DNA of 64,000 bases from a virus: positions 1 through 64,000 of IMG/VR virus record IMGVR_UViG_3300031873_000003, one strand, 5' to 3'. The position numbers and the translations under genes are program-made. Of the stretch, positions 1-9,600 are shown in pieces; position 1 is the first letter of the stretch; every line of letters begins with the position of its first letter. Below the pieces are notes generated by a model. It was given only the letters and a program-made list of their open reading frames with translations, was not told the origin of the DNA and did no database searches.

Positions 1-115
1 TGAGTTCGATTTTCCTCAAGCCTCAGTTGTAGATAGATGCCAAGTGGACAAGCCAACGAGACAGGTCAACTTCTTGTCCCTTGGTCAGCTTGAGTTTGAG
101 GGTTCGGACGATCAC
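1..115 (-). pseudogene. tnpB: 5' end of an IS200/IS605 TnpB-like gene with an internal TGA; runs off the window
   Basis: Manual translation from GTG at 115 gives MIVRTLKLKLTKGQEVDLSRWLVHLASIYN*GLRKIEL, a typical TnpB N-terminus. TGA at 25-23 sits where W is expected (YNW). Confidence 0.7.
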
Positions 116-246
116 TTCTTTCGTCTCTTCTCGTTGAGTTGCTTCATCCATTCTGAACGTCTTTTACGTTCTTCTTTAGAAATGTTTTTGGATATTCCTT
201 TACCCATTCTTCCTAATGCCTGAGCTGCTTTGTTTAACTCTTCCAT
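112..246 (-). CDS. small basic protein (44 aa) coupled to tnpB by a GTGA overlap
   Basis: MEELNKAAQALGRMGKGISKNISKEERKRRSEWMKQLNEKRRKK; TTGACA-N17-TAAGAT promoter just upstream. Confidence 0.55.
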   Translation of the reverse strand: MEELNKAAQALGRMGKGISKNISKEERKRRSEWMKQLNEKRRKK

Positions 247-314
247 ACTTATATCTTACAACATAAAACGTTTTATGTCAACACTTATTTTAAGTTATTT
301 TGATTTATTTTTAT

Positions 315-358
315 GCCCGACTTACCCCACGAATAAATTCGGGGGAATGCGTCGGGTT
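315..358 (-). mobile_element. IS200/IS605-type left-end hairpin
   Basis: Minus strand CCCGACGCATTCCCCCGAATTTATTCGTGGGGTAAGTCGGGC; similar to the end at 35970-36011. Confidence 0.6.
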
Positions 359-497
359 ACTGTTCCGTAAGTTTGGGACCTCCGCCCCTCAGCAGAGGCC
401 CCATCCCCAACACCTCCTGGTTCGGAATGTTCCACAAGGTCGGGAAAACGACAACGATTTGCATTGACCATGCTATTGCTATTTTTCTCCCGATTCT

Positions 498-749
498 TCA
501 TCCCAACCCTCTATGGCCCGGAGGTAAGGCCGCCGGATTAAACTCTTTCGCAGACGAGATCGCAACTGAGTTGCAACATCGGCCCTGGATATAGAAAAAA
601 CAATCAACGAATCCTGCCTTAAAATAGTAACATTCCTTTGACGGATCAAAACAGACAGAAAGTCGGTTCACTATGAAACAGTGAAGATTTTTTTTGGGTT
701 CTTCTTGAGGAATTATTGTATCAGTCATGTCATAGTCTCCTTTTTTCAA
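498..749 (-). CDS. hypothetical protein
   Basis: ORF in the leftward operon, overlapping the stop of the HNH gene. Confidence 0.4.
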   Translation of the reverse strand: MKKGDYDMTDTIIPQEEPKKNLHCFIVNRLSVCFDPSKECYYFKAGFVDCFFYIQGRCCNSVAISSAKEFNPAALPPGHRGLG

Positions 750-1009
750 TCAATCCTAATGAGGTGACGTTCGACCAGGTCGTGGCACGTTGCGCATAAC
801 GTGATAATGTTTTCCGGGGTATCGCTGCCGAGCTGCGACTTTCTCTTTTTGTGATGTGGTGTTAGGGATCGCCGAGAATTGCAGTGACAACATTTCCATC
901 CATCTCTCTCGTAGACATCCCGGACAAGCTCTCTATAGTCTTTCCCTTTTAGGCGATGTCGGTGCGGTTTAGGGAACGCCAACTGCAAGGGTGCAGGTTC
1001 ACTTTTCAC
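746..1009 (-). CDS. HNH endonuclease
   Basis: ERDGWKCCHC...PHH...N..TLCATCH motif; probable GTG start at 1009. Confidence 0.85.
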   Translation of the reverse strand: MKSEPAPLQLAFPKPHRHRLKGKDYRELVRDVYERDGWKCCHCNSRRSLTPHHKKRKSQLGSDTPENIITLCATCHDLVERHLIRID

Positions 1010-2069
1010 TTTTTTGTTTCTCCAGTTCCTTAAACGAAGTGTACACCGGTATCCCATGTTTCTTGGCCCACTCAACCTCAAGGTCTGCTCCCTTGCTTTC
1101 GCCAGGCATCCTCAGCACCGCACCACAAGCCAGCAACCACGCCTTATCCATATCGATCCAGACCTTCCAGTCCTTGGGGGATATTTCGTCCCAATAGTAG
1201 GATAGATGAGGGATAAAGGGAATAAGTCCCATTTCGAGCACCTTGTCGGCTACCTTAATGGCATTCGCTACGTTTCTTTGTGGGTTAGGGAGAGTGTATG
1301 GCCCGGAAATATAAATGCACTGCTTGCTGCTTGGGGTAAAACAATGCTTAGGCTTGACCTCGGTTCCAGGGGGATATTCGGCCAGGAATGAAGCACAAAT
1401 CACGTCGGCCAGCAGATACCCCTCTTTTTCGGAGGCCGATAATCTACTTGCAATCTCAAGGGCTAACTCAACGATTTCTTGTTGCCCTTGAAATAGCGCA
1501 AAAAATTTCTTGTTTGGCTGTAAGTTGGCCTCTTCCTGCGTTTTAAGTCCCCTCGCCACAGCAACTTTGGCATTCAGGGATTGGACTGTTTCGCCCTTAG
1601 CCACATCAAGCCAGTGGGCCTTGTTTTCCTCTGTTACAACAGGCACAAGCTCCTTGAGCCGACTCCAGCCGATCTGCCCTGCAACCTCTACCCCTATGCC
1701 GACCTCGTCACATTTCTGGCGGGTTGTACGGATGTAGTCAATCGCCCTGGGCTTCAGTTCTAATGGCCCCAATGCTGTTTCACAAAAAGCTCTCCATGTC
1801 GAATACCCCAGGTCAACATAGTGCCTGCCTTCGAATATTTCCTGGAGCACCCGTCCAAGCTCGAACCAACGTGTTTCAATCTCCGTTTTTAGTGCCATGA
1901 CTTTTTCATACAGTTCCCTTCCCCTTGTAGTTTCAATCGTTTCAATTATATTGCCCAACCTACCGAAGGCCCCACATTTATCCGAGACCTTGCATGAATT
2001 TTTACATACCTGAACCGAGATTTTCTTTCCTTTTTTCCTATCGCAAACTAAGTATCGTTGTGGTGTCAA
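999..2069 (-). CDS. fusion protein with a C-terminal DUF4406/DUF1937-like (nucleoside deoxyribosyltransferase fold) domain
   Basis: C-terminal IYISGPYT...PFIPHL...WLLACGAVLRMPGESKGADLEVEWAK; GGAGG RBS. Confidence 0.7.
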   Translation of the reverse strand: MTPQRYLVCDRKKGKKISVQVCKNSCKVSDKCGAFGRLGNIIETIETTRGRELYEKVMALKTEIETRWFELGRVLQEIFEGRHYVDLGYSTWRAFCETALGPLELKPRAIDYIRTTRQKCDEVGIGVEVAGQIGWSRLKELVPVVTEENKAHWLDVAKGETVQSLNAKVAVARGLKTQEEANLQPNKKFFALFQGQQEIVELALEIASRLSASEKEGYLLADVICASFLAEYPPGTEVKPKHCFTPSSKQCIYISGPYTLPNPQRNVANAIKVADKVLEMGLIPFIPHLSYYWDEISPKDWKVWIDMDKAWLLACGAVLRMPGESKGADLEVEWAKKHGIPVYTSFKELEKQKSEK

Positions 2070-2111
2070 TGTTCATCCTCCCCTTTTTTTGGGTTGCAAT
2101 TAAGTGCAACC

Positions 2112-2354
2112 TTAAATTACCCCGTCCCTCTCCACCCTGCTTACGGCTGGCCGATTAATTTTGGCCTCGGTTAACCCACCCAAAACCCGGATTTCAACGA
2201 CCTTCCCTGGTCGAAACCGCACCCCGGATAGTTCGATGGCCTGGATTCCGTCGTTCGCCTCGACCTCCTGCCGGTAGAGGGTTTTCCGTTTGTTTCCCAT
2301 CTCTTTGTGGACAGTAATTTCAAACCGCATTTTTGACCTCTTCTCTCTCTTCAA
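2112..2354 (-). CDS. hypothetical protein
   Basis: ORF in the leftward operon. Confidence 0.45.
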   Translation of the reverse strand: MKREKRSKMRFEITVHKEMGNKRKTLYRQEVEANDGIQAIELSGVRFRPGKVVEIRVLGGLTEAKINRPAVSRVERDGVI

Positions 2355-2413
2355 TCAAAATCTTTCCGGTGATTCCCCATTTTTTTTCAATCCATATATC
2401 GTGAATACCTGAA

Positions 2414-3457
2414 TCATTTAGGAAACTCCCAACTTGGAATAACACTGCTAAATTTTTTAAAAATCAATTCATACCGATAGCAATCTAAACCCAAACTTAA
2501 TGCAATTTCATGACTTTTACGTGATTGAGTAACCATAAGAAGTTTAGAAGATTCTTCAGGAAAATATTTTCTGAATCTTTTAATTTTAGTTATACTTCTT
2601 GAATCAAACCACCCCTTAACTTCTATCCATTTATCAAGAGTCTTATTATAAAAATCAGGAGTAAACGAAACCGAACCCCTTCTTATTCCTTCAAAATAAA
2701 AATCTTTTGGCTCATATTCCCATTCATAACCTAAAAAGTTCATATAACGAGCATAGTTGGCCTCAACCGTACTTCTAAAAAATTTATTATCCAAATCTGG
2801 CCTTTTACCTCCACGTGTCCTACTATATGGGTTTCCCTGATTTTTATTTGTATTTAAAGTTCCATTTTTAATTCTGGTTTGCAATGCCTTTTCTGCTCTT
2901 TTTTCCCAATATTCCTTAGAACAAGAATTCATGAAAACTTTTGATTTTTTACCAATAATTTTTTTTGTCTCTTCTGAAAATTTCTTCCCAAGATTCCCTC
3001 TTGGATGACCATATTTTTTTATTCTTTCTTTTCCTGCATTGATCATGTTTTCTCTACATAATTCTGTAGCCGGTCTTTTATAAGATGTAATTTTCAAATT
3101 ACTTGCCCTACAGGCAATAGCAGCCCTACTTCTACCCATCTTTAAAGCTATTTCGTTTAAAGATATGGAACTATCCCTACTTCCATACAAATCTTTAAGT
3201 ACAGCATCTTCTTTTTCAGACCACTCGTCAGATTCAATTATTCCCCGTTTCGACAATCTTTCCCATACAGATTGACCACACATATTAAATACTTGAGCAA
3301 CTTTCCAAACATTCTTAAGACGTGAATAAGATTCAATTAATTCAAAGTCAGTGGCTTTTTGCATTCCTTTTTTTTCTATCCCAATATGGACTATGGCATC
3401 GGGGACATACTCTAACTTCTTGATTTCTTGGATTCCATTCATAATCACACCTCTCAC
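2414..3457 (-). CDS. putative homing-type endonuclease (HTH/NUMOD3-like repeats plus PD-(D/E)XK domain)
   Basis: FRSTVEANYARY...WEYEP...FTPDFY...WIEVKG; LGKKFSEETKKIIG; markedly AT-rich. Confidence 0.7.
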   Translation of the reverse strand: MRGVIMNGIQEIKKLEYVPDAIVHIGIEKKGMQKATDFELIESYSRLKNVWKVAQVFNMCGQSVWERLSKRGIIESDEWSEKEDAVLKDLYGSRDSSISLNEIALKMGRSRAAIACRASNLKITSYKRPATELCRENMINAGKERIKKYGHPRGNLGKKFSEETKKIIGKKSKVFMNSCSKEYWEKRAEKALQTRIKNGTLNTNKNQGNPYSRTRGGKRPDLDNKFFRSTVEANYARYMNFLGYEWEYEPKDFYFEGIRRGSVSFTPDFYNKTLDKWIEVKGWFDSRSITKIKRFRKYFPEESSKLLMVTQSRKSHEIALSLGLDCYRYELIFKKFSSVIPSWEFPK

Positions 3458-3556
3458 ATTTTAATTGTTTTTTAATTTTTACTTTCATTTAATCTCCTGT
3501 GTGATTACAAATAACATATTTTAGATAACTTGTCAAGTCATTCGGGGCATGGTTTT

Positions 3557-3796
3557 TCACACATCCCCGAACGCTGCTGAACGGGGGTCTATCGCCGGAT
3601 CAAGCTTTTGTCTTGGCTTTTTGACTCGCTTCGGGTTGAGCGACAGGTGGTATTTATTGCTAATCCTGCGGACGATTTTCCTCATTATCCCATCGATCAC
3701 GATGGGGTAGATGGTAGAGACGACCCACACGGTGAAAAGGATTACAAATGGGCTAATAAATGCACCTACCAGAAAACCTAACCAAAATGTGTTCAT
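3557..3796 (-). CDS. small membrane protein
   Basis: Hydrophobic N-terminus, AGGAG RBS. Confidence 0.55.
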   Translation of the reverse strand: MNTFWLGFLVGAFISPFVILFTVWVVSTIYPIVIDGIMRKIVRRISNKYHLSLNPKRVKKPRQKLDPAIDPRSAAFGDV

Positions 3797-3963
3797 AATT
3801 TACTCCTTTTTCTAAAAAGTTAGTCCCCTAGCCCCACATAGTCCAACAAATAGTGACTTTTTGGTTTACCCCCTACCAAGACCCCTTGGTTTTAGTTTTA
3901 AAATGCTGTAGCGCACTCCTGATAATGCTGGGGAACCTAAAAGGGCCATCTATGGGGGCTCTA

Positions 3964-4248
3964 TTAAGTCGATTTAGCCTTAAGTTTGACATTTTTTATC
4001 CTTTTTACAAATTTTTCTTTTTGACTTTCAGACATTACCTTGCTTTTTTTATCAGGATATTTGACCTTGTCCCGGTATGGCATTTGGGGGTAAAGGGGAC
4101 ATTCGGGGATTAAGCAATCAATTCTCCCGTCCACGAACCCCCCACAACAGTCGTAGCACTTGGCTTTGCACATCTGGTTTTTGGTGAGCCTTTCGCCCGC
4201 CTCGTGCCTGAAAAGTTCTCTTCCACCTTGACCCTTTTTCCCGTTCAT
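3964..4248 (-). CDS. Cys-rich phage hypothetical protein
   Basis: KAKCYDCCG...DCLIPECPLYP motif. Confidence 0.65.
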   Translation of the reverse strand: MNGKKGQGGRELFRHEAGERLTKNQMCKAKCYDCCGGFVDGRIDCLIPECPLYPQMPYRDKVKYPDKKSKVMSESQKEKFVKRIKNVKLKAKST

Positions 4249-4255
4249 CAGTTTT

Positions 4256-4876
4256 TCACCTCCCTATTTTTGCTTCGTAAATCTTTGCTTTTGCAAGGAC
4301 TACACGAGCATACCCATCAAGCGCCTTATTATTTGCGTTTGATGATCCTCCATTATAGGCTCGTAAAATTACCATCCAGTTATCCTTGTAAGTTCGCTGA
4401 AGATCGCTCAGGTATGCGATAGACGCCGATATATTTGATAGGGAATCATGGATATTGGTTCCATTTCCGTAGTGCCTCCATGTTGCATCCATGAGCTGGC
4501 CCTGACCTCTCGCACCCTGTGTAGACACTGCTCTTGGATCAAATTGAGACTCTTGTTCGAGGATAGCAAGGATGATCGGCACTGGAATTTTTTTTTGAGA
4601 AGTGACCGCATCCATGATGTCAATGGCGACCCCGATGGTGATGGGACGCTTTCTAAGTGTCTGAAGTAACTCGTGTTTTAGGATGATGAGGTTTCGCTCA
4701 TTCTTGATGGTCTCGTAGGATGAGATGATGATTTTTCTCTCCAGGTCGTAGAGCCATCCCCCAAGACAAAGCATCGCTACCAGCAGGATGCCAATGGAAA
4801 AAACCCAAATCATTTTTTGCTTGAGTCGCCTAATGATCCTGAGATGATCGGACATCAAAATGACTGTATTATCCAT
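4256..4876 (-). CDS. lytic transglycosylase (SLT domain) with an N-terminal TM segment
   Basis: ILEQESQFDPRAVS..GARGQGQLM...AYNGG; start MDNTV at 4876. Confidence 0.85.
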   Translation of the reverse strand: MDNTVILMSDHLRIIRRLKQKMIWVFSIGILLVAMLCLGGWLYDLERKIIISSYETIKNERNLIILKHELLQTLRKRPITIGVAIDIMDAVTSQKKIPVPIILAILEQESQFDPRAVSTQGARGQGQLMDATWRHYGNGTNIHDSLSNISASIAYLSDLQRTYKDNWMVILRAYNGGSSNANNKALDGYARVVLAKAKIYEAKIGR

Positions 4877-5307
4877 GCTTTCCCCCCTCTCTGTGCTTGT
4901 CGTGTGGTTCGTCCAAAAAGGATGTCCCCACAACGCACCCCACGGCATCGATGGCCTTGACCGCATCCTTGATAGATAAATACTTTGTCGCCTTATTGTC
5001 ATCAATAACAGTGACGTTCCCCCCAGAACATTCGATTAGAGTAACTCGCTTATGACCATTGATTGTTATAAGGTCCATCATTTCGGACATCAAAATCACT
5101 GTATTATCCATGCTCTTTTCCATCCTTGTGTTTTCCGTGTGGCCCATGCAAAAAGGATGTCCCCACAACGCTCCCCCCGGACTCAATGGCCTTGACCGCA
5201 TCCTCGATGGATTCATACCTGATCTGCTTAATGCCATTATCTCGCTCGATAACGGTGACATCGCCCCCGAAAGATTCGATTAGGGTGACTCGCTTGTTAC
5301 CATTCAG
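4848..5307 (-). repeat. diverged tandem duplication (~220 bp x2) giving paralogous small genes 4869-5111 and 5104-5325
   Basis: 4848-5062 aligns with 5083-5307; both encode NGxKRVTLIExxGGxVTVI...SIxDAVKAI...VVGTSFL...GKxHG. Confidence 0.85.
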
Positions 5308-5657
5308 TATCCTAAAATCGTTCATTTTTGCTTGCCTTTCGTTTCGTGTCGTAGTATCCTATCGCTTTCCTAATTGGCTTTGCATTCCAAAGGGCAGTAT
5401 CGCCGGTTTCGTCTTGCTTCCTCTGCTGATCCTGAACCCATACTTCGTAATCAAAATTGTCGCTTCGGCCACACTTCCCGCAAACATGGTCTTCCTTGAT
5501 CCAGCCAGTTATACACCACTTGCAAGCCATTTTTGTTGTCCCCCTATATCTTTCGACTCGGAATCGATAAAGTCTCGGGAAAACCCCATTTCCTGGGCTC
5601 TGGGGGGGTAATTTGATCGTTCTGTCTACCCGTGAACCCCAAAATTGCCGGCAGCGA

Positions 5658-6044
5658 TCAAAATGGAAGCTCTGAATCATCCCCTGGCTCCCTCGCTTCC
5701 CCTTCTTTTTGTTTGGACCCTCCCAGCATTTGTAACCGTTGCAGAACAATTTTGATTGTTTGTTTCGGGTTGCCTTCCTTATCCGTCCACTTCTCTGTCC
5801 GAAGAGATCCCTCGCAGTAGACTAGTGACCCCTTGGTGAGGTATTCCGACGCTATCTCTGCAAGACGGTTGAAGGCCACACAACTGAACCACTCAGTTCT
5901 GGTCTGCTTTTGGCCATCCTTGTCCTTGAATGTCTCCGATGCGGCCACGGAGAAGTTTGTAACCTGGCCCCCGGACGGAAGAAACCTAGATTCCGGGTCT
6001 TTTCCGAGGTGGCCGATGATCTGAACTTTATTTAATGAAGCCAT
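5658..6044 (-). CDS. ssb: single-stranded DNA-binding protein
   Basis: MASLNKVQIIGHLGKDPE...acidic tail ending ELPF. Confidence 0.97.
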   Translation of the reverse strand: MASLNKVQIIGHLGKDPESRFLPSGGQVTNFSVAASETFKDKDGQKQTRTEWFSCVAFNRLAEIASEYLTKGSLVYCEGSLRTEKWTDKEGNPKQTIKIVLQRLQMLGGSKQKEGEAREPGDDSELPF

Positions 6045-7724
6045 TTAATCACCTCCATATCTTTTATCTTGAGGGTATTCTTTTTTTTCTGGGGATTTCC
6101 ATCCATCCTGAGTAATAAACTTTGCTCCCTGTACGATTTTAAATTCAATCTCCATTCTCTCTGGGTTTATTTCTGATGCCCAAGTTTTCCCCTTAATGAT
6201 CTTCAGTTTTCCCCGATCTAAAGTTAAATACAGCCGTGGTTTTTCAAGCCCGAGTCCCCCTCCTCGTCCATATTCTTTTTGGGGGTCCTTCTGGATGGCT
6301 ACAAACAGAATTCCTTTATTTAATCTCTTATGATATTCCCGAAGCCGTTCTGCAATTAGATAAAATTTATCTGTAATCTCCAAAAAGTCTATAATATTTA
6401 CTCCGTCCGGATTTAGTGCATTGGCAAAATCTTCTTCTTTTTTATAAAACCCTACCTTCCTCCATTGTTTAATTGGACCTTCAAATTTTTTCAATCTGGC
6501 CTTCAATTCTGGTCCATCCATTTCTGACGAAAAATAAAGAATTGGCCATTTATCCATATTCATCCGAGCAAAATTAAGAAGGAAACAACTTTTTCCTGCA
6601 TTCGGCACACCGGCGATAACCAAGATATTCTTGGGCATAATAGAAATAAGTCGCTCGATCTCAAACGGGAATTGAAGGGGTAAAATCGAATCATCTGCAT
6701 TTTCCCAGTCAATCAACTCAATATCAGTCTCAATTTTACGAAATGACCCTGACCGTTCCCCAAATCTTTCGATAACTCCTTGTTCACAAAGCCTTTTCAG
6801 GATAATTGAAACATTCTTCTTATCTTCTCTTGTAGACAGTTGTAGACTATGTTGACACTCTGTAGACAAAAAGTAGCCACTTTGTAGACAGACCCAATCT
6901 TTTACCTCGTCGGATAAATTTCTTTCTTTACGTTCGGCACGCTTCATAGCACTATCTATTTTTGCCTGTATCCACTTATTATCGTGTTCACCCCATGAAG
7001 CCATAACAGTATGTAATATTTGATAAATTTCGTCTTGTCTTGCCCCTCCCTTTACTAAGCAATTTGCGGTATGAAATAGATCCTCATCTCTTCTTCCCTC
7101 CCTAAACATGTAGACAGTTGTAGACACTTTTTGTTCACTGTCTACAGATTTGTCTACATCCCCTCTAGAAAGATCTTTCTTTAATTCTTTTATTATTCTA
7201 GTATGCAAAAGATCTTTCTTTAATTCTTTTATTATTGCTGCTATTGCATTAGGGAGGGGAGGAGGGTGAACTTCCGATAGGCTGAGACCTTCAATCCATT
7301 GCCATCCTTTTCCAGTACCGTTGACTGAGGGGGAGGCTACGATATAACCGCCTTCGGTTCTAACATCAATTCCTTCTGCAACCCTGGCACGGTTTATAAA
7401 ACCTTCCTGATGTTTAAAAATAAAATGCTTTCCACCCTTTGGAGTTCTTTGGCAGGGAACAAGGAGGCTTTCAGGAATTGCATCGTTTACTCGCATAATC
7501 GCTGAGGCTGTGTCGGTGTCAACCACAAGAAGATTAGATATTGCTCCTGTGACAATGCCAATATTCATATTTGGCCACTTCTGAAACCATCCTTTAATCT
7601 CTTCCCTGGAAGCCCTCTGTTTCTGGTAGGGTTCCCATTTGATCAAAGGAACTTTTTTGTTATCTACTGGTATCACGGAAAAATTCATTTCCTGATACTT
7701 CATCGCCGCTTCAAGAATTGTCAT
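6045..7724 (-). CDS. bifunctional primase-polymerase fused to a RecA-like P-loop helicase
   Basis: NIGIVTG..LLVVDTD, TPKGGKH, IDVRTEGGYIVASPS; Walker A GVPNAGKS. Confidence 0.9.
   Translation of the reverse strand: MTILEAAMKYQEMNFSVIPVDNKKVPLIKWEPYQKQRASREEIKGWFQKWPNMNIGIVTGAISNLLVVDTDTASAIMRVNDAIPESLLVPCQRTPKGGKHFIFKHQEGFINRARVAEGIDVRTEGGYIVASPSVNGTGKGWQWIEGLSLSEVHPPPLPNAIAAIIKELKKDLLHTRIIKELKKDLSRGDVDKSVDSEQKVSTTVYMFREGRRDEDLFHTANCLVKGGARQDEIYQILHTVMASWGEHDNKWIQAKIDSAMKRAERKERNLSDEVKDWVCLQSGYFLSTECQHSLQLSTREDKKNVSIILKRLCEQGVIERFGERSGSFRKIETDIELIDWENADDSILPLQFPFEIERLISIMPKNILVIAGVPNAGKSCFLLNFARMNMDKWPILYFSSEMDGPELKARLKKFEGPIKQWRKVGFYKKEEDFANALNPDGVNIIDFLEITDKFYLIAERLREYHKRLNKGILFVAIQKDPQKEYGRGGGLGLEKPRLYLTLDRGKLKIIKGKTWASEINPERMEIEFKIVQGAKFITQDGWKSPEKKEYPQDKRYGGD
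6831..7237. repeat. TGTAGAC iteron-like cluster plus an AT-rich direct repeat (candidate origin)
   Basis: TGTAGAC at 6831, 6841, 6861, 6883, 7109, 7119; inverted copies at 7140 and 7152; AAGATCTTTCTTTAATTCTTTTATTATT twice (~7170 and ~7209). Confidence 0.55.
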
Positions 7725-7740
7725 TGATAGAGTTCTTTTT

Positions 7741-8106
7741 CTATAATTTTTCCCCCGGCGGAATATTGAGATAATGAATATTAAAAATTATTTTTCTCCA
7801 CATCCGAGAAGAAAGTTGGTTTACTTGATAATTTTTGCGACCAGTCAAAAAACCTATTTCCTTAGTGGTCATTTTTCCAAGAGTTAAAAATAATTTACAG
7901 TAGACTCCAATAAAACTACGACCCGATCCTACTTGATTCCTTTTAGATCCGTCATTCCAGCAAGATACACAAAATAAGGCAGGGTTTTTAATCGTATCTT
8001 TTCCGTCTGGGTAGTTTTTTTGATAAAACCCTATCCTGTCTGCCACGCCTCCGCAGAAAAAGCACTTATATTCGGATAGACGAGATTGAGCCATTTCTGA
8101 ATTCAT
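7741..8106 (-). CDS. hypothetical zinc-finger protein
   Basis: CFFC...CVSC. Confidence 0.55.
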   Translation of the reverse strand: MNSEMAQSRLSEYKCFFCGGVADRIGFYQKNYPDGKDTIKNPALFCVSCWNDGSKRNQVGSGRSFIGVYCKLFLTLGKMTTKEIGFLTGRKNYQVNQLSSRMWRKIIFNIHYLNIPPGEKL

Positions 8107-8108
8107 AA

Positions 8109-8753
8109 TTAGATCCCTAACATTTCAAGTAGAGAAAAAATTTCTTTATCGTATTCTTCTGGGGAAAGTTGAGCGTCAATTAATTTTTGCTTTTCCCTTC
8201 CGTAAACCTCGAATCCCCAGTTTGAGTTCCATCGGTGAGAGGTTCCGTTTTTCCTCAGCTTGAAATATTCAGTCCCGCAGACCTTGAACATAAATTTCAC
8301 ATCAGGGAGGTCCCGGGGGAGAAAAAGTTCTCCGATGAAGAATAGACCGGACAGCCTTGTTGCTAAATATTGAAAACCGTCTGAAAATTCCTTAGATTGC
8401 TGGCTCAAATAATTATTCATTGGAGGGTAGATGAGAATCAGGGGGAGGAAATGTCGAGAACCGTTAAGTTGAAAACGAGTGTGTCTGTATGATATTGCCT
8501 GATGGTAAACTTCAATGATTTGCTTTTTGTTTCCATCCTCCAATTTTTCGGTCTTAATTTCTACGCCAACAGGAATCTCAGGGAATGATAGTTTAAGAAG
8601 GTCTGCTTTTGGGGTTAAAATAGCATCGATTCTCTTTAGGTTTCCTCGCATGTGGTTTCCCCACACCTCTTCTTGAATTTCAAAATATGGGGAAAGATTC
8701 TCTCTGAGATATGCTACGGTGGTATTTTCAAATGATTGCCTGATTATCGGCAT
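8109..8753 (-). CDS. PD-(D/E)XK restriction-endonuclease-like protein
   Basis: RIDA...GVEIK...QAISY motif spacing. Confidence 0.55.
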   Translation of the reverse strand: MPIIRQSFENTTVAYLRENLSPYFEIQEEVWGNHMRGNLKRIDAILTPKADLLKLSFPEIPVGVEIKTEKLEDGNKKQIIEVYHQAISYRHTRFQLNGSRHFLPLILIYPPMNNYLSQQSKEFSDGFQYLATRLSGLFFIGELFLPRDLPDVKFMFKVCGTEYFKLRKNGTSHRWNSNWGFEVYGREKQKLIDAQLSPEEYDKEIFSLLEMLGI

Positions 8754-8898
8754 TTCGAGACTCCAAGAGATAAAGTTTTATGGCAAAAAAAGGGGCCAGA
8801 ACTGGAACGCGTCGCTTTCGCGCTGGGTGAGCGTTGTCCTGACCCCGATTCTTGCCAAGTTTTTAAATTTGAGTTTTCACGTTCCATTATGCTCACCC

Positions 8899-8970
8899 GT
8901 GACTACTCCCCACGGCTAAAGCCGGGGGCTTCTAGGGATTGAGTACCCAAACTCGCTAGTCCGCGAGTTA
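8899..8970 (-). mobile_element. orphan IS200/IS605 right end / short omegaRNA remnant
   Basis: Minus strand ...AGAAGCCCCCGGCTTTAGCCGTGGGGAGTAGTCAC. Confidence 0.7.
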
Positions 8971-9159
8971 ATAAAAAAAATCGCAAACAAAAAGGCTCGC
9001 AGGGAAGGTCTGGCAAACCCGGGGAACCCTTTGAGCCTAATTGCTTGCGAATTATTTTAGTTGTCATTGCCAGTATCCTTTACAGGTTGACCCTGCATCC
9101 CAGTTAACCCTACACTATCACCAATATTCAGAAAAGTCAAGGGGTATTTCACGAATTTC

Positions 9160-9387
9160 TCACTTTTCTTTTTCATCAACCCTCTCCCCCTTGAAACCAC
9201 CGTTCACGATATTCTGGTTTATAAACTTCCCGACCGAGTCAGCGCTCAACAATTTGGCGTGGGTCTGGGGTTCGACTCCAGGATACTGGTAGATGGCTCC
9301 TGATCGGAAAGCAATCTCTAGGATGTTGGTTTGTTCGTCGTACCCGACAGAGGCAACGTTTGATGATTTGACTGGTATCCTTTCCAT
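9160..9387 (-). CDS. KTSC domain protein
   Basis: VKSSNVASVGYD...LEIAF.SG.IYQY..V...LLSADSVGKFIN. Confidence 0.92.
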   Translation of the reverse strand: MERIPVKSSNVASVGYDEQTNILEIAFRSGAIYQYPGVEPQTHAKLLSADSVGKFINQNIVNGGFKGERVDEKEK

Positions 9388-9414
9388 GTTTCACTCCTCG
9401 CAATTGATTGCGAT

Positions 9415-9600
9415 TTACTCCTGAATTTTTAGTTTTAGGCTTGGTACAAGGGCGGTGAACCCTATATTGAGAAATTTTTTATTTGAGGAAATGCCCTCAA
9501 CGAGCGGCAGCCCAGAGTCCAGCGCTTCCCCTATGTCGATGAGCACGATGTCGTTAAGGTCTTCGACGAGCAGTTGTTTTATGAGTTCTCGGACTGTCAT
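9415..9600 (-). CDS. hypothetical protein
   Basis: MTVRELIKQL phage-type start; ATGA overlap with the ERF gene. Confidence 0.6.
   Translation of the reverse strand: MTVRELIKQLLVEDLNDIVLIDIGEALDSGLPLVEGISSNKKFLNIGFTALVPSLKLKIQE

Noticed and set aside
23-25. Alternative genetic code (TGA = Trp or Gly)
   Set aside because: Many intact genes end in TGA with ATGA coupling, so a single in-frame TGA is better explained as a pseudogene.
4848-5307. DGR template/variable repeat pair
   Set aside because: Differences are not adenine-specific and there is no reverse transcriptase in the window.
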